Source: Rhynchobatus australiae (Eukaryota). Taken from it: DNA of 64,000 bases. The notes below the pieces were generated by a model, which saw nothing but the letters and a program-made list of their open reading frames with translations, had not been told where the DNA came from and did no database searches. The stretch is taken from positions 8,338,999 through 8,402,998 of the forward strand of contig JAUZTB010000083.1 in assembly GCA_034780895.1 (NCBI GenBank), given 5' to 3'. This document shows, one piece after another, positions 25,456 through 38,700 of this stretch; position 1 is the first letter of the stretch, and each line of letters starts with the position of its first letter. A program made the position numbers and the translations under genes.

Positions 25456-26049
25456 TACATATGTTTGAGATGATGGTCCTGTTTCCTGCGTGGAGTTAGG
25501 CAGTTATTTAAAACTCAGCAGAAATGGAAAACATTGAAAAGAGAGACTGCAGCTCATATTCTCAACTCTAAGACATTGAATAAGTAGATGTCATATTCAA
25601 AATCAAGATGATAGTGGACTGTTGCATTAATAACTTGGCAATTGCTGTACTTAGCTGCAAATATTTTGAACAGTACACAACTGAAACCTTTGGTGTACTA
25701 AGGCTATTAGAAATAAAGAACGTTTAACATTTATTGTTGTCAGCAATTGATGGCAATGTGATAGGAATCTATGAATAAAGTATATTGTCCTTTAGAGGTT
25801 CATCAACTTAATCGTTAACAAACTTAACACCTGCTGGGGTTTCACTGCAGCAGGTCCCAAATCATTGTTTTGCAGAGTTTTTAGAGTTCTAATTTAGCTT
25901 GCAGATAGTTGGGGATCCAATGACAATACTGCAGTACAAAAAAAGCCATCTTTTAGAGGTATTATTTATTGCATTGATTTTTCTGCATTTTATTGAAACA
26001 ATTTTCTGCTATGGGGGGGTTTTGAGCTTTGCTTCTATGACTTGTCTGT

Positions 26050-26180
26050 TTTTATTGAAAGATGATGCTTGAAATGTTAATTCTGCTTCTTTCTCCACAG
26101 ATGCTGCTTGACCTCCTGCTTCTTTCTAGTATTTTCTATTTTTATTTCAAATTTCCAGCATCTGAAATATTTTGCTTTAG
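26050..26180 (+). mobile_element. Penelope-type terminal repeat fragment
   Basis: gaaatgttaattctg...ctccacagatgctgcttgacct...atttccagcatctg. Confidence 0.7.
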
Positions 26181-26861
26181 CGTTAGTTTTTCCCATCAGT
26201 TCTGTCAGATATTAACTCCTGTGTTTCGTTTAATCAAATACCTAAGCTTACTTCATCCCCAACTTATTTTATGATCTTATCAAAGTAACTTTATCAAGTG
26301 GAAAACTCAGCTTTCATTTTAGTTTGGTGAATAATCCATTTTCATCACTAACTGAGAAGGCCCATGGATCAAATAAACCTTGCATTATGCATATACAATA
26401 CAGTCAGTTTATGTAGATTGTGCAAAATCTGCATGAAAATGCTAAGAAGCCTCTTCCTTTCAGCCAGAAGGTCTTTGGCAATTTTATCTGTGTGCAAACC
26501 TTAGGCAAAGACAAAGTGAAATGCTCATGACTATCTTGTGTGACACAAAAATGTTCTCTCCTGTGAGTATATACAACAAGCTTTACTGTTTAAACCTTGC
26601 ATGTCAAAGTAGTGTTAGCTCTTACAGATTTGTCCCATATACTGAAGTTTCAGTTCTTTGTAAAAGTCATCTCTTGGAATTTTCCCTTATTTTATTTGGT
26701 ATGATCTAGTTGCATCCAATATCAACATCCATTACTTGGTCAAGACTTGGAAAAGATGTTTCCTGTTGTTACACCTAACTTTTATTTGGTTGATTGAAAC
26801 ATAGTGTACAGGGAAGGGGGGAAGTAATAGACTTCAAGGCTGGTGAGATGGGTGTATTAAA

Positions 26862-27558
26862 TTTAATGCTGTGAAATGTGAAGGGTTACAGACTGAGAAG
26901 AAGCAATAGAAATAGAAGATGCATTTCTAAAAGAGGTACAAGAACAGAGATATATGTGGGAGTATCTGCATACTTCTTTGAAAATGGCAGGGCAGGTTGA
27001 GAAGTTGTTTAAAAAAACATAAAAGTCAAGCTTTATACAAATAAAGGCACAGTGCATAAGGGAAGGAAGTTGTGATTAATCCTTTATAAAAACGCTGGTT
27101 AAATTGCAACTGGAAAATTGTGTTCACTTCTGGGTCTTACTGTAGGGAAGATGTGAAGGTTTTGGAGAGAGTGCAGAAGTGATTTTCTAAAAGTATAATA
27201 TTCCCCCTGGAACAGAGGATCTGATAAATGTATTTAAAATCATGACTGGTATGGACACAATAGATTGAGAAAAACTGTTCTGATTGATGGAGGGGTCAAG
27301 AACCACAGTTATAGGATGAAGGTGATTAGCAAGAACAACCAAAAGTGACATGAGGAACAGGTTCTTTTATGCAGCATGTACTTAGGATCTGGGATGCCAT
27401 GCCAGTTGTACTTGCAGAATCTGATTCAATTATAGCTTTCAAAGAGAAGCTGGATAACTATCTGAAATAAAGAATTTTCAAACCAGTGGAGGGGTGGACT
27501 AGATGGATTGCTGTTTTACAGAGCTAGTGTGGCCTCGATGGGCTAAGTGGCCCGTTGA
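26862..27558 (+). mobile_element. CR1 LINE 3' part
   Basis: ttaatgctgtgaaatgtgaagg, tttggagagagtgcagaag, ggatctgggatgc, tail gatgggctaagtggcc. Confidence 0.78.
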
Positions 27559-27760
27559 TTATCCCCCACCCTTATACACTCCCATGTGCTTGGAAACTTA
27601 TGTTCTGTGGAAGATGGCAACATTGGAAGAATGTATATTCTCATTAAAGAATGTAGGGTGCCTGAAAATAATTGTGCAAGTTGGTAAGCTACAGAAAAAA
27701 ATCTGCAACGTCTTGTTTGCCTGTTGAAAAGTCAAGTTCATTTAATCTTAATTTCTCTTC

Positions 27761-28270
27761 CTCTCTTCTTAGACGGTCCCTAGGATTCGAGGATGTCTTG
27801 TTTCCATTCCAGTTCTAGGGGTTCTGAGGTGGCTGATGAGGCAGACTCTACCACAGATGGGTGATAATCCAGAGGCCAGTGGGTGGGTAGTTTGTACTCT
27901 GCTTTGGTGTGCTCCTGACGTGTGGACTTGAGGTTCTCAGTACCAAACCAAATGCTGCTGTTCTACTTTAAGGTATCATTGGGCTGGGATTCCCAGGATT
28001 AAGTGGGGATGTTGTGTTTTTTCCAGAGAGGTTTTGAGGACACCTTTGCTTTCTTTTTTTCCATTATCTGCTTGGTATCTATTTCCATGACAGAATTCAG
28101 AATAGATCTTAGGGTCTGGTATCTGGTGTGCAAACACCAGCATGGAGTCATTTGAGTGTAATTAAGGCCTCAGTGCTTGGAGTGTTTTCCTAGGAGAGGA
28201 TGCTCAAAGTTTCATGTCCTAACAGTGGGATTTGGAGGATTTTGCAGAGACAACATTACTGATAGCTCTC
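27761..28270 (-). mobile_element. RTE LINE 3' fragment
   Basis: cttcttagacggtccctaggattcgaggatgtcttgtttcca tail. Collinear with the 14964-15450 part of the long RTE copy. Confidence 0.78.
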
Positions 28271-31200
28271 AGGATCAGTGCAATTTTAATGTAACATTAT
28301 TCTAAGTCCTGGTTAGTTGAGAAGGATGGGACAAGGATTTCCCTCAGATGACAAAACATGTGGATATAAGTAAGGTCACTGGCAGTGAAGCTAAGGGTGC
28401 AGTGATGCACAAGCTGTTGAGCCCTCCATGGATAGAACAGAGCTGTAGTTCTAGCTTGTCAAACCACACACAACCTGGACCCAGGCCGTGGCTCTACATG
28501 CAGCCAGGCCCACACACTGGCTACAAGCCTACCATGCTCCTGACCCAGGCTTTGGCCACACACTGACTGTTGACATTTTACTATTTGACAGCACAAGACA
28601 TCAAATGCAATCCATCTAACAGCAAACAGGAGTCACTGGGCACCATAGGAGAGGGCTTTGGAGGAATGCACTATATTTACCAACACTCCCAGTAATACAT
28701 TGCCAAACTCAAGTTCACGATGACAAGTCAGTGGATTACAGGGACTGAATGTAATTGTTACAATATATAATGCTTCACCCCAGAGGAAAATTCACTACAT
28801 AGTTACACTATTCTGTATACATATTAAACATACTTACGTGATTCCGTTATTCATTTGCATTCATACTGAACTGACAGGTTGTGATATGTTCCTGGGGCGT
28901 TAACCTTGTAAGCTTGAGAAAGTTTGTATGAATTAATATAATGCCTTTCTCTTCATTTGTCATGCTAAATTGTGCAGTATGGTGGAAGGTAGATTATCAT
29001 AGTTTGGACTATATTGCAAAGAATAAAAAATGCAGATGAGGATCTGGACTATTGAAGTGTCTTTGCAGGAGAAATACTTCTATGGTTTCAAGTTATGTTT
29101 ATGTTATCTCATTTGTAATTTGTTCCTTGTAGTTAAATTTCTGAAGTGGACAAGCTGCTGTGAGTGGAGCTCACCATGCCAAGCAGCAATATACTGTAGG
29201 ATTTGCCTTGATATTCAAGAGGGATTTTATTTCACAATGTCAACCAAAGGAAAAGGTGCATTTAAACATGATCATTTGTAATATTTCCCTTTACTGGTGT
29301 TTCCCACTTGAAGTCAGATAATTGCCTTTAATTTGCTAACAGTCAACCAAATTTTCACACACAGTTGATAGTACTTCCATATTGGGCTTATGGGAGTGAT
29401 TCCTCTGGAATGATAAAGACTGCAGAATATGCTTCTGATATTCTGATTGCCAAGTTTCCAATGGAGATCACTGTTAATACACCCAGTATAGGTAACTTCA
29501 GTTGGTTTATCAGTTCTTCCAGCACAGATTAAAACAGATTTTAGATTTAATGTGCTATAAGGTAATAGATAGGTAGTCTGTTTACAAAGCTTGCCTACAG
29601 AAATCTAGAAACATTACTGTCCCACTCTTGAAAGTTTTCTTCCTCCATCCCTGCTTTCATAAAATATCCATCATTTGTTTTCTCTACTGTGGTTTCTAGG
29701 CAAATGCAGCCAAAATATTTTTCTTTACAATGCAGTTTTTGTTCTGAAACAGGCTAGAAACCTTTAACTTTTCTAAATAAAATTTGCTCTCCTTTCGTTA
29801 GGTAAAGCTAAAGTCTGTTTTGCAACAAATGGCCTTTTAACCTGTTGAGGACACAAAGTTTGATGCCTTCCATCAGCTGATGGTTTGTTCAAATTTTAAG
29901 TACTGTTTGTAGATATTTCTTGGAACTGTATTAATATGTTCTTCAGATGGCTGAAGCATATCTGCTCTTTGCTCAATGTGATGCCACTGATCAAAATTCA
30001 TTCTGAAGCTAGTTACACTCAAAGGTAGTCACACCCAGATAGAAAGCAAATTGTGTGAATAAATAATTAACTGTGCACAATTAACTACTGGTACTCCCCA
30101 TGAGTGGAATTGGCTTTAGTTTGAAACAAATTTTACTGTACTAGTTATACAAGATCATGAATGGGCCGTATAATTTTGGGAAAGGTATTCTTGTGAAAGG
30201 ATAGCGATTGAAGAACTACAAGTCTTTCAAGGTGAAGGAGAAGATTGAAGAACATACTGGTTATCTCAAAGTGAAGGCTTTGCTTCTCTGACCCAAATGT
30301 AGACAGTCTTCCTTTAACAGGGTTAGTTGTTCATTTCTCCCCATTCTGAAGTGTCTGTTCCATAATGAACTGAGAGGCCTGTTTCAGAAATGTCCTTTCA
30401 CACAAAGTTGCAAGCCAGCTATGCTGCAATAAATTTGTCAAATGAAGCAGTTTTCCCTAAAAGAAGAAACCATTGTAATCATCATTGGTCTCTTCAATTG
30501 TCACCTTTTGACAAGAATTGATAATTTTTAATGCATTTGGATTGTCACATCAGGTGTGCACAACATATTGTTTTTTTGTTGGCAGGAGCATTTTAGACCA
30601 CATTAGGTACCCAAAAAAACTTGGTTCAGATTGGTGAGGGCGATTGTGAAGGAATAGAGAAGGTGGCAGTAGAGAGCATGGCTGAGATTTGTTGATTAGA
30701 TGCAGGACTATTTCAGCTGAAGTTTTGAAATTATTTTGGGAGTTGACAAGTGACTTCAAAATGGTAGAATTCCACAAGGTAACTTTCTCATCATCGCCAT
30801 TGTTATAGTGAGAAATGGTGTAGAGAAACGGGGAGTTGAGATTACACATTGCTTTACTCCCGGAGAAACCAAAATTTGAAGGTCAAGTTGACTTGTGCAA
30901 TTCCTAATGACCACTGACTGATACTGGCAGAGGTTTCAGGTCAGTTCTTGCTCCCCTTTCAGTATCAGCTGGTGACAACTAAATTGGTGGATTGCATGGA
31001 ATAAATACTGAAAATAAAAATTGTCAGAATATGTGTTGTTCTTCCAGAAGACCATTGAGTTGGGCGAGCTTTCGCTATGAAAACCTTGCATGTTTTGTTA
31101 AACAGAAAATAAAGTTAACTAATGACAGAAAGTGGCATCTTGTCAAGAAATGATGCAACGCGTTTGAACAGAACTGATAATCAAAGTCAAATTTGGAAAT

Positions 31201-32351
31201 GTAGTAGTTGTTCGCTGTAGAAAATGGTGGACGCATGTACAGAGTTCAGTCCTCTCACTGGTTGTTCTGTGTGTTAGCTTCATGTGATTTTAAAAAGTAG
31301 GCTTGTAGAGATGATTGTGGTCTAGCATTCCTAGTTTCATTGTTTTTGGTATGTTTGCTTTTGGTTGAACATAAAGGTGCTTGGTTCAGTTCTAGCCCGT
31401 ATTTCTGGGGTTGTTCCTGGGTGTGCTAAAGAAAAAGGGAACAGTTCTGGTGTTAGAGAGCTTTTAAAATGACCATGTTCCATTGCATTTCACTCTATTG
31501 CATAAGTTTATGATTGTATGGGAAGAGCAATGTTTCCTTTTGAACTTGTATAAATTCCTTAGTGTTAGGCACCTTCTGGTGGTTTTGTGTTGTGCTATTT
31601 TGTTTGTCAATGTTTGGGTAAAAAGGGGTAGGGTATGCAGTCAACCGCCTCTGTCTCCCCTTGATTCAGGGGAAAAAAAATAGTTTTGCATTGGCAGCAG
31701 CAGATTCACCAAGCAGCATGGTGCCACTGCTTATTTTAACACCATTTTAGAGGGGGGGGAAATTAGAAAAATTAAAACAAAAGCTATAAAGTAAGCATTT
31801 GATTGCACATATTTTCTAAATATGGTGAGAAAAAAGAAAGCAGATGTTTAAAAATTGACCCTGTGCCAAGGAGCTACAGAGGAAGAAAATCTAGGTCGGC
31901 AGTTTGCTGTACTAACCAGGATAGCAGCCACTTGGCAAGGTTACAAGGCAGTCAGAGACGTTAGCTTTGGCGCAATTTTAATACATGCAAATACAAATTT
32001 TTTATTCTTTAACAACAAATCCCCCAGACTTGAGATTTTGCACATGTTTTCATTAAGCATAGAGGCTTGCACTGAATTTTTTTCAGATGCAGTTAAGTAT
32101 TTAATAATCTAAGATCTAAAAATGTCTTGAAATTTGAGATTGGTAATTATAGAAGAACTAAGCACAAGTATGGATGTTGTTGCATTTATTGTAATAATGA
32201 GTTACCAAAAAACCCAAGTGACTAGCAGTTCATGAAATATTGCACAACAACATCTGTGATTCTCGGAAGCAGCTGTTTTCAAAGCTTATTGTATATACAG
32301 ATATCATACACTGTTCTTAGACATAAACTATTCTTAGAGCAGGATAAAATA

Positions 32352-32407
32352 TCGGCACAACATTGTGGGCCAAAGGGCTTGTACGGTGCTGTAATGTTCT
32401 ATGTTCT
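32352..32407 (+). mobile_element. CR1/SINE shared 3' tail
   Basis: tcggcacaacattgtgggccaaagggcttgtacggtgctgtaatgttctatgttct, nearly identical to 9703-9760. Confidence 0.75.
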
Positions 32408-32544
32408 GTGTTTGTGTTAATTTGATTTTCACTCTTCTCCTGTAGGTGTAGATTCCTGCTGGTCTGAGAATCTAGGAGAGGCCTTCCAAAGGTTTGAAAG
32501 AAAGAAAGAATTACATCCCAAAGTGCAATTTGGGCAATAGGTCT

Positions 32545-32665
32545 TTTGAAGTTCAGCCACTGCTGTTATGTAGGAAATGTAGCTGCCTCTTTTGAACTCA
32601 GCATGCTCCCGCAAACAGCACTATGATAATGATCCGATAATATGTACCAGTTAAGGGGCAAATTT
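32545..32665 (-). mobile_element. DeuSINE-like 3' fragment
   Basis: tttgaagttcagccactgctgttatgtaggaaatgtagctgcc...cagcatgctcccgcaaacagcactatgataatga matches the recalled antisense SacSINE/AmnSINE-type 3' region. Confidence 0.65.
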
Positions 32666-32910
32666 TTCACCTAATGCAAGCATTAATGGCGGGACGTACC
32701 TTGAGTCTCCCTGATTTCCATTGCTGGCATCTGCCTAAATCACCAGTGGCATCATCCATCCCACCACCTGCTCTGCCAGCTGCTCTTGTGGTGCTCCAGG
32801 GGGCTCCTAATCAAGTCTAACAGGGCAGCAGTATCCACACATTTCCCAGCTCTCAGGCTGGTAAACTTGTTCCCGAGCCCGTGCCTGGTTAAATGGTGCA
32901 AGCACAGAAA

Positions 32911-32966
32911 TCTTCTTCTTAGGCAGTCCCTCGGGGTCCAGGATGACTTGCTTTCACTCCAGTTCT
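32911..32966 (-). mobile_element. RTE 3' tail
   Basis: tcttcttcttaggcagtccctcggggtccaggatgacttgctttcactcc, same tail as 27761. Confidence 0.75.
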
Positions 32967-33382
32967 GACAATTGGAAGCTGCCTGTGAGCAGGCTCAGTT
33001 ATTAATATTATACACAGTTCCCATTCAAGTGAATGGGAGATAGTGTCTCTTGGAAGAAAGATAAGAAGGTGTGTTTTATTATTTACGTGTTAGTTTTAAT
33101 AGCTTTAATTGATATTTTTAGTATGTGGGCATGCTTTTTAGCTTTCAATATCTAAAGAATAAAAAACAATTTTTTTTATTGCTTATGTGTCCTGAATGTT
33201 ACTGCATGGTTGTGAATATGGAACATGTTCACAAACATTAAAAGCTCACTGCCAGCTGCGGCAGCCCAAGAGTCTTTGCAGTNNNNNNNNNNNNNNNNNN
33301 NNNNNNNNNNNNNNNNNNNNNNNNNNNNNNNNNNNNNNNNNNNNNNNNNNNNNNNNNNNNNNNNNNNNNNNNNNNNNNNNNN

Positions 33383-35210
33383 GGATTTTAGGTAGGAAGG
33401 TTTCTGGGGGGCGAATCAGGAACAAAAAAAGGTTCGAATTTGCCAGGTAGACTTTTCCGAGGTGGGGAAAATGCTTTTCAATGTTTTTTGGCTTTGAAAT
33501 GTTGGAGCTCGACGAGGTTACAGGCAGAGTGAGTTGTTTTTTATATCAGAGTCTTTTGGTAGTGGTCACAGTGCATGCTCAGGGCCATCCGCATCAGGGT
33601 TTAAGAAGGGGGTAAAAAGGCTATTTTCGGGTTCGAAAATAATTTCTTTTTGTCATGTTTATGATTGTTGAAGTTTAAAGTAGATTATCTGTACAAAAAG
33701 GAGTATAAATTTTCACCATTTGATAATTTTTCAGGCTTTTTCGAATCCTCACTGTTTTTGCACCCTTACTGTGCAGCCTGATGCAACTCACTAGCTCCAT
33801 TGCTGCTGACGTTTCAAGATTTTTTTCCCGAAAATATTCAGAATAATTCATAGGGGGTTTATTGTAGCAGAATGATAAAACATGGCATTTGGGGGAAAAA
33901 TATACTTTTTATTGCAGTATTTCTTTCTGACGACTCCTTGGGGGGAAGAAAGCTTTATTAGTGAAAAACATGTTTAATTTTCGTTCAATTAAATTATAAT
34001 GAATATACCTTTTGGGTGCATTAGTGAAATCTGTTAGAATCGTAACCTTAATAAAGGCNNNNNNNNNNNNNNNNNNNNNNNNNNNNNNNNNNNNNNNNNN
34101 NNNNNNNNNNNNNNNNNNNNNNNNNNNNNNNNNNNNNNNNNNNNNNNNNNNNNNNNNNATCGTAACCTTAATAAAGGCCTAAACTGGAGTTTTTTTAAAT
34201 TAGAAAAATTGGGACTTGACTGGTACAAGGCATAAATAAGTGAGAAAGATTTCTGATTTATATGTAAAGAGAATGAAAGTTTGGGACTGATTATTAAATA
34301 TCGTTTTTTTAAAAAATAGATTAATATTGGACATTAGCTAAAAATTACAGAATTTTGTTGGGGCGTGGCAGTTCCTTAAATACTGCATTATAACTTAGAA
34401 TTGTATTGTAGGTTAATTTTAATGAGTAATTTCATTAGAATTACCTGCATAACTTGAATTTCAATCGTTCTTGGGAATAATTTAAAGTTTTTTCCCTCAA
34501 TTTTGTATTTTTTTCTCTCCTCTCCAAAAAGGACTTGTTTTCAATGCATTTTTCGTATTTAATTTTAACCAACAATATAAAAACGAATGAATATTTACAG
34601 TCGCCTGGCCAATAGTAACTTAACGTTCTTTTTGAGGCGTTTATTTGAGGCTATATTTTTGGCTTGAGTGTTGGATGCATAAAGTGACTTATGATAAGGC
34701 AGACATTTGCTGAACCGCCATTTTGTCTAAAGCAGCAGATCTGCCAGGTTCAGCAGACCTCTAGCTCTATCTACCCTGTTAGTGCACAAGATTAGTATGC
34801 TGTTTTAAAAAGTCGTATTTTTTAATTTATAATTTTTTTGCCAATTTTTTTTAATCCTAGAAGCTGCTTGTGTCTTTTTCCATTTTGTTTCGCTATTGGG
34901 ATATTTTTCATCTTGGTGCAATATGTTTTGAGTAGAAAAATTGTCCGATTGATCGATTAATGTTGATGAATAACTATGTTGAATTTATTTGCCTTTTTTA
35001 TTGCTCTGTTTCAGTAGGTGAAATGGTGTTTTTATGTCTGGTTTGTATTGTCGACTAATCCACATTGTTTAAACTTTATTTTAACCTTCATTTCTGATTT
35101 TTGTATTTTAAATTGCGTTTAGGTAACAAAATCACTGAAAATTAACATCTGTTTTTCTTTCTTCCTCATAGTGCTCTTCCTAGTACTTCAGTATTTGAAT
35201 ATACAGGTGG
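33383..35210 (+). promoter_or_regulatory. Candidate promoter domain: AT-rich, CpG-retaining, TE-free, with CCAAT (34609-34613) and YY1 (34715-34724) motifs
   Basis: CpG density visibly higher than the flanks (ttcgaa x3, ctcgacg, ttcggg, ccgattgatcgat, gtcgac). ggccaatag and ccgccatttt present. Several + strand 5' splice-site motifs. Confidence 0.55.
35172..35206 (+). other. Candidate 35-nt non-coding exon
   Basis: Branch-like ttaac, long pyrimidine tract tctgtttttctttcttcctcatag, donor CAG|gtgggt. Confidence 0.5.
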
Positions 35211-35714
35211 GTCCCTTCCATCTTTCTCTTATTAGTAATTTGTAATTAAAGTGGAAAAATATTTAACAATTGCCAAAACTACCCTTTTCACATTTGCTTT
35301 TCCTATAAGTGCCGTTTTATAATCATTGTAAGTTCTGGATCATCTTTGAGTGTATTTTTTCCCCTCCGAATTGACATCTATTTTTCCTCCTGCATGTTAA
35401 GCATTTGCCACAATTGTTCAAAATAATTATTTAATCCTGAACCTGTTGCTAAACTTGGTCTTCTTTTGATTTTAATCCTGTGATTCATAAATTTTAATCA
35501 AAGTACAGGAGGTTCTAACTCCATGTGAATATTCATTCACTGTTCTGTTCAGTAGGTAACATTTAATAACTTAAAAGTCTTGCACTACATCCTAAAAGTG
35601 CAACTTTCTGGGGAGAAAATAATCCAAAGTTTCTTATAACTTTCCTCCTAAAGAGTAGTGCTAGAAGGAATGGTCTCATCAACTGTATTTGACAAATAAT
35701 TTATTGATGTCACA

Positions 35715-35753
35715 TTTATAAGATTTATAAGATTATAATAATTTATAAGATTT
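35715..35753. repeat. Short tandem repeat (atttataag)n, imperfect
   Basis: atttataagatttataagattataataatttataagattt. Confidence 0.8.
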
Positions 35754-38700
35754 CACAAAATCTAGGCATTCATTGAAATGTCTGAAGTATACCTGAGAGA
35801 ATTAATTCTGTCTAATTAAGAGCAATGTAAATCAATTTATCTGAATGCAGCAGACACTTGGTGTGTTATTCGAGTGTCAAGGCCACTGAAAAATAATGGG
35901 ACTTTCCATGTGATAATAAGAATCTGTCATTACCCACTGATCTATTTTGGGTGAAACCTATTCAATAATCATTAAAGTTCTGGGTTTGATGAGATGGGGA
36001 CATTTGCTTAATGACAGACTTTGAACCTAATTATTGACATTTCATTCATTGATGGCATTATTCTGCTCAATCTCTCATGCTGTTTATATCTATTCTGCAC
36101 TGAAGCAGCATTTTGTATGGTGTGATATAGAACATGTATATATGAAAATGTGTGTATGCATGCATCACTTTGTTCTTTTACAGTCTTTCAGCATGAGTGA
36201 GACAACTCTTGGGCTCGCTGCCTCCATCAACTACTCTTGGTTGCTGTACAGGGGGCAGAACAGGCTCACCTGCAAGGTGGAAAGTTAGACTCACTGAGGA
36301 TTTCGGGTTATTTTTGAATCAACATCCCTCCACGTAATTTGACCCTTGCTTATGTTGTAGCATTTTAGAGTGTAGAAATTCTGAAGACTATTCATAATTT
36401 TTTTATTAGTATGTTGCTGCTTAGAAGGAAACCCCTAAAACAACATGGGAGAAAAAACAAATAAAACCTTGCCTGGTAAATCTGGCAGTTGGGAATGGAA
36501 ACTAGTGTTTTTGTGTGTCAGAGTACGAGAGAAACAAATTGACTTTCTGAACCTCAAAGTATTTGTGAATGTTCTGGTAAGGACTTATAGCTATCTGCAA
36601 GTTAGTACTTGATTCCTTTTGAGTCAATCTACAGTGTTTTGTTTTTTAAAAAAAATGTAACATTTACTCTATTATGTAAATTGTGTTTCTGAAAATCTCA
36701 TAATTCACATTAAGTTGTTGTATCTCTTTTTTTAAAAAAAAACAAGTTATGCTGTCCTTCCTATTTAATATACTCTCTCTAGATCAGTCATTTTTTTTCA
36801 GGAATATGAGAAAATTTATTTAAAATAAAATTATGGAAGGTTTATCGGCATTCAGCATCCTGATCACATGGAGGTTTCGTTGCCAAGATCTTGGGGCCAA
36901 GATTCTAGTATCTTCCATCAAAATACCCATGTCTGCGTTATAGTTCTCTTCATCAATTGATGAACTTTTTTTTATGACAGGCAGTGGTCAATACTTAGAC
37001 AAATGCCTTCCATTCAGCTCAAAGGGAGCTGCACAAGACTTTTTAAAAAATATATATAAAATACACTACAATTTGGGTCTCTAGCCAGCTTAATTCCCCT
37101 AACCTAAATTTTCTTCAAGTTTTCTATTGAAAGCTATCCTAACTTCAAATTTGTTTCCTGTTGATTTAAGGCAGAGAAAGAAATTGGGTGCTTTTGCCAG
37201 ATGGTCGCATTGTACATTCAAGAGGTATATTTTTTAGCAAGGTTGACTTACGTGGTGATATCTACAGTGAGCACACAATTCCAGATTTGCCACGATCTGA
37301 ATTGGTTCTCGTGGACAAACTCAGCTTACTTGAAATCTGAGCGTTTCAATACCAATACTAAATCTTTGGAAGGGGTAGCCATGAATGGTTCACTGTAGTT
37401 GACATGAATGAACATCATGGGTATATTTTGTTTTTTTTTATACACTTAAACATTCTCTAAACACATACCATTTATCTGGTTCTGGAGCAAGAACTTTATT
37501 TTTCTGTCTATTTCAGCTTCTAGTTCTTTCCATTACCATTGTTAGTTTACCAAGCAAATGAGCCAATTAAAGTTTTCTGGGCTGCAATGATTTATTATGA
37601 TGAGTACAAAAGTAGAGTGGCATGGATAATGGTTTTCTGATTTTGTTTTTATCTTGCCTACTCTAACCCCCAGTCTCTACTTATTTAAATTGAATTGCTA
37701 TTGACCACTTATCCAAATAACTTATTTCCACATGTGTATGTCAATAATTGCATTTTCTTTNNNNNNNNNNTTTGTACCTGTGGCATGCCATCGATGCAGA
37801 TGATTTTTTGGGAACAGGAAAATATAAGTTATTAAATGAAACAATAGCATTTTAATAATAAACCTGTTTTCATTGTTGTGTCCCTCACTTTCCCCAGAAA
37901 GCAACAACATTGTCTATAACATTGTCCAGTGTTATCATTTGTTTCAATGGCTTTTTCCCAAATTACAAAAGTGCAGAACCAATATGCAGCATCAGATTAG
38001 GCAGTCCATCAAGCTTGCCCTACATCTGCAGTGACAGGAGAATCGTCCCTCAACACCCTGTCCCCTCCTCTTTTCCTCACCTCCATCCCCAAATCTGCAT
38101 GTGATCTTCTTGGAGGGACATTGAGAATATTGAGCTTTAAATGGACATGAGAAAATGAGACTTAGTCATTTTTACTGTGTTCCCTGTTTATTTCAACCAT
38201 TTACTCAGATTAAGTTCATCATTCCCTTCAAATTCTTGAAAGCTGCATTCTACCAAATGACAGTAAATCAAAAGTAATAATTATACTAAACAGTTTATAT
38301 TTGCAGTCTCCCCTTTTAATTATAGAAGAAGTTGTGTAGCAAAAAGTTCTTTCTTGTGTTAGAATGAGTTCCTGATCTCTTGAATAGAGTCTTGTGGTAA
38401 ACCACTATTCATCAAATGGCAATTCATTGCACTTTAAACTGCAAGAGTGTTTCAGGGTAAGTAAATGTTTATTTTTTAAAGTCTATGTTAAATCCAGCCC
38501 ATTAGGTCTACTTTCTCAGAGGGAAAAAATGCACAACTTTTTTGGCATAACTGACAGATTTATTTCAAATCATTTTTTTCATTAAACAGTCAAGTTCAGT
38601 GCTCTATGTGTAGCATACCTATGTGGTCATTTGTTTCGTTAAATTGTCATATTTTTCAAAATGAAAAATTGGGAAGAACTTTTTTCCAAATGATCCTGTG

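Noticed and set aside
28460-28565. GC-rich stretch with repeated ccacacac and gacccaggc words
   Set aside because: Looks like a decayed minisatellite or TE piece; no supportable function.
32446-32491. Candidate exon (also 36184-36277)
   Set aside because: Good acceptors but weak donors (gtttga, gtggaa); not distinguishable from pseudo-exons.
37597-37641. ATGATGA...CTGA as a C/D snoRNA (similar case at ~44562-44599)
   Set aside because: Boxes are too close together, with no terminal stem or recognisable guide.
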